Shown here: positions 25,677-27,515 of the stretch, one piece after another
Layout of the letters: each line of letters starts with the position of its first letter
Position numbering within the stretch: position 1 is the first letter of the stretch
IMG/VR virus record: IMGVR_UViG_3300020045_004165
Coordinates: 1-27,515 of that record
Length of the DNA stretch: 27,515 bases
Source: a virus
Lineage: Duplodnaviria > Caudoviricetes
Reading direction: 5' to 3' (one strand)
Notes under the pieces: generated by a model
The model's database searches: none
What the model was told of the DNA's origin: nothing
The model's input: only the letters and a program-made list of their open reading frames with translations
Translations under genes and position numbers: made by a program

Positions 25677-26009
25677 TTATAACTCATACAATTTAGTCAA
25701 CTTCTTAATTATTGCAACATACAAACCTGCACAAGTATTGCATAACTTTACATCAGTTTGAAAACAATCGTTATACATTTCAGCAATAACCCATCTATCT
25801 TGATTTACTAAAACATTAGACTTTCTTTCTAAATAATCACTAAACCATAACTTTTGTTCTATACTCATTGCTTTAGCTCTTTGAAATGGAAAGGCTACAT
25901 TTAAAATATCCTTTCTTTCGTTACAACTTTCGCAAGGGGTAATCCCAACTGCACTTGTAATGGTTGCAATGACATCCCCAATTCCTGTAATTTTCTTTTT
26001 TCTTCCCAT
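25677..26009 (-). CDS. Cys-motif (putative Zn-binding) protein
   Basis: GIGDVI...CESC.ERK..LN and CNTC motifs. Confidence 0.7.
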   Translation of the reverse strand: MGRKKKITGIGDVIATITSAVGITPCESCNERKDILNVAFPFQRAKAMSIEQKLWFSDYLERKSNVLVNQDRWVIAEMYNDCFQTDVKLCNTCAGLYVAIIKKLTKLYEL

Positions 26010-26437
26010 GCTAAATTTTTACATTTATTTCTTATCTTCTGAACTGTTGAAATAGATATTTCACTATCTCTTGAAAACTTTCTTAGTCCATCCTCAAAAG
26101 AATGTTTAATTATTATTTGTTCATATTTCTTTAATTTACAAAATACACTTTTAGTAGCTTCAAAATCATTATGTTCGTCTAAATCAATTTCAGTATATGT
26201 ATCTGCAATTTGATAATCTGATATGTCTACAGTAACAAATCTTTTACTTTGTCTTTTTTGGTCTATAAAAATACTATTCAATACTCTGTACACATACCAT
26301 TCGTTTATATCTTTTTTACAATCATATAGCCTTAAATACATATCATTAACTAAATCATCAGCGGTCGAAGTGTCCTTGCATATATTAAATGCCATTTTTC
26401 TCCACTGCTTATCGTTTTTAGCTAAAATATCTATCAT
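25901..26437 (-). CDS. ECF-type RNA polymerase sigma factor (178 aa; start revised to ATG 26437)
   Basis: Region 2 ADDLVNDMYL and YVYRVLNSIFIDQKR; region 4 HTH LRKFSRDSEISISTV. Confidence 0.8.
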   Translation of the reverse strand: MIDILAKNDKQWRKMAFNICKDTSTADDLVNDMYLRLYDCKKDINEWYVYRVLNSIFIDQKRQSKRFVTVDISDYQIADTYTEIDLDEHNDFEATKSVFCKLKKYEQIIIKHSFEDGLRKFSRDSEISISTVQKIRNKCKNLAWEEKRKLQELGMSLQPLQVQLGLPLAKVVTKERIF

Positions 26438-26450
26438 TAATTTTATTTTG

Positions 26451-26524
26451 TGGACAATATAGGATTCGAACCTATGACCCTCTGCATGTAAAACAGATGC
26501 TCTAACCAACTGAGCTAATTGTCC
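26451..26524 (-). tRNA. tRNA-Val(UAC), CCA not encoded
   Basis: Full cloverleaf: GGACAAT/ATTGTCC, GCTC/GAGC, TCTGT-TT[TAC]AT-GCAGA, ATAGG-TTCGAAT-CCTAT. Confidence 0.95.
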
Positions 26525-26539
26525 AAAATGTAATTAATT

Positions 26540-26547
26540 CAAAGATA
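26540..26547 (-). promoter_or_regulatory. host-type -7 element (TATCTTTG) for the tRNA-sigma operon
   Basis: TAnnTTTG 15 nt upstream of the tRNA. Confidence 0.7.
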
Positions 26548-26549
26548 AT

Positions 26550-26576
26550 AAAAAAAGCCTACAAATAATGCAGGCT
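26550..26576 (-). terminator. intrinsic terminator
   Basis: AGCCTGCA/TGTAGGCT stem plus T tract. Confidence 0.8.
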
Positions 26577-26641
26577 AATAAAAAATATTGAAAATAAGAA
26601 TAAAGATAGTACAACTATACCGATAAAAAGTTTTGTTTCTC

Positions 26642-26863
26642 TCATAATGCTTTTTCTTTTTTATAGATTTTTAAAAGCGCATCTAAAGACCAATCTTCAC
26701 TATCATAACTATATAAACTTTTATCTTTTGATAATTCACAATTAATCATTAACCAATCAGTAAAATTAACAGCGTGTTCATCTGCTATCTCTACGCATTT
26801 TGATTCCCATTGAGCAATATCTTTATCCAAAACCATTTTAGCAAACTTTTCTCTTAAATTCAT
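26642..26863 (-). CDS. hypothetical phage protein (73 aa)
   Basis: ORF in a coupled chain of small genes. Confidence 0.7.
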   Translation of the reverse strand: MNLREKFAKMVLDKDIAQWESKCVEIADEHAVNFTDWLMINCELSKDKSLYSYDSEDWSLDALLKIYKKEKAL

Positions 26864-26982
26864 TTTATCAAATATTTTACAGGTTTAACATCAACATGCT
26901 TTTTAACTAAATCTTTAGCTTCTTGTTTCAAACGATATTCCATTTCAAAAATAGTCTCGTATTTATTTGTTTTCTTGCTCAT
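26860..26982 (-). CDS. hypothetical protein (40 aa, MSKKTNKYETIFEM...), not in ORF track
   Basis: Fills the gap, ATGA overlap with the downstream gene. Confidence 0.6.
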   Translation of the reverse strand: MSKKTNKYETIFEMEYRLKQEAKDLVKKHVDVKPVKYLIK

Positions 26983-27220
26983 CTTGTAGTAATTTAATAA
27001 ATTCCTGTTCTGTTATTTTTTGTTTATTTTCTGGAACAATTAGAAATACAGATGCTTGATAATCTATTCCTATAAACAAGCAATTATTTCTAAACGAATA
27101 AAATTCAAATGCTACTTCATCATCCCATATTTTCAACCCATTATCAATACATAATTGTTTCATTCTATCACATTGTTCCTGTGATTCCATTTTTACGTAA
27201 GTGTTGTATATTGTTTTCAT
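26963..27220 (-). CDS. hypothetical phage protein (85 aa)
   Basis: ORF in a coupled chain of small genes. Confidence 0.7.
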   Translation of the reverse strand: MKTIYNTYVKMESQEQCDRMKQLCIDNGLKIWDDEVAFEFYSFRNNCLFIGIDYQASVFLIVPENKQKITEQEFIKLLQDEQENK

Positions 27221-27513
27221 ATTTTAGTCCATATTAATTCTATTTTCATTCCGTTTAATTTTGCTTTTTCTTGCAAACCTTCAATTTCTTTGCTATAGTC
27301 TGGTTGTGGTTTAAGTCTGTAAGTATTCCTATAGTCACAATCAACCCAACCCCAACCCATATCGACTTGCATATTTTTTCCTTTCCAAACCTTCTCAACT
27401 TCAATATCACAAGCCTTTAGAAATATATCTTTATCAAAGTATTCATAGATTTTACGTTCAAAATTAAGATTATTTGGATGTATTAAATTGCATACAATAC
27501 CCTCTCTATTTCT
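27217..27513 (-). CDS. hypothetical protein, 5'-truncated by the window edge
   Basis: Open frame of 98 codons running to the window end; TGA overlaps the next ATG. Confidence 0.65.
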   Translation of the reverse strand, partial: RNREGIVCNLIHPNNLNFERKIYEYFDKDIFLKACDIEVEKVWKGKNMQVDMGWGWVDCDYRNTYRLKPQPDYSKEIEGLQEKAKLNGMKIELIWTKI

Positions 27514-27515
27514 AT

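Noticed and set aside
10216-26462. Plus-strand ORFs at 10216, 14346, 15443, 16553, 17067, 17799 and 26223
   Set aside because: They lie opposite well-supported - strand genes; S/F/L-rich composition is typical of reverse-complement frames
26438-26509. 24-aa N-terminal extension of the sigma ORF in the track
   Set aside because: Lies inside the tRNA gene; ATG 26437 is the plausible start
26451-26524. tRNA as a prophage attachment site
   Set aside because: Phage-type genes continue on both sides; no integrase or duplicated 3' fragment seen in the window
1-27515. CRISPR array, diversity-generating retroelement, IS element, introns or alternative genetic code
   Set aside because: No spaced repeats, reverse transcriptase, transposase or interrupted core genes seen; genes are full length in the standard code

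Overview
AT-rich segment of a tailed dsDNA phage or prophage of a Bacteroidota (Flavobacterium-like) host. Host evidence: TAnnTTTG promoters, no Shine-Dalgarno motifs, Q-rule signal peptides and a BACON domain. The + strand (1-2.9 kb) carries an early recombination module (SSB-like protein, candidate annealing protein, YqaJ exonuclease). The - strand, read right to left, carries small ORFs, tRNA-Val(UAC), an ECF-type sigma factor, terminase, a tail module, a head module, portal, fibre/receptor-binding proteins and a lysis cassette (holin, GH19 endolysin, u-spanin). Main observations: (1) an exactly spaced TAC-N15-CGTT-N8-ATG motif heads all three structural operons, probably a near-leaderless late promoter for the phage sigma; (2) accessory genes (PAPS-reductase/DndC-like, Dam-like MTase, small membrane protein) sit at operon boundaries behind host-type promoters and structured leaders ending in terminators, and in two leaders the terminator loop is exactly complementary to the 5' end of the leader; (3) a hidden -1 frameshift with 60 codons of dual coding; (4) two fibre-like proteins carry Sec signal peptides. 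All protein calls come from motif recognition by eye, with no database search.
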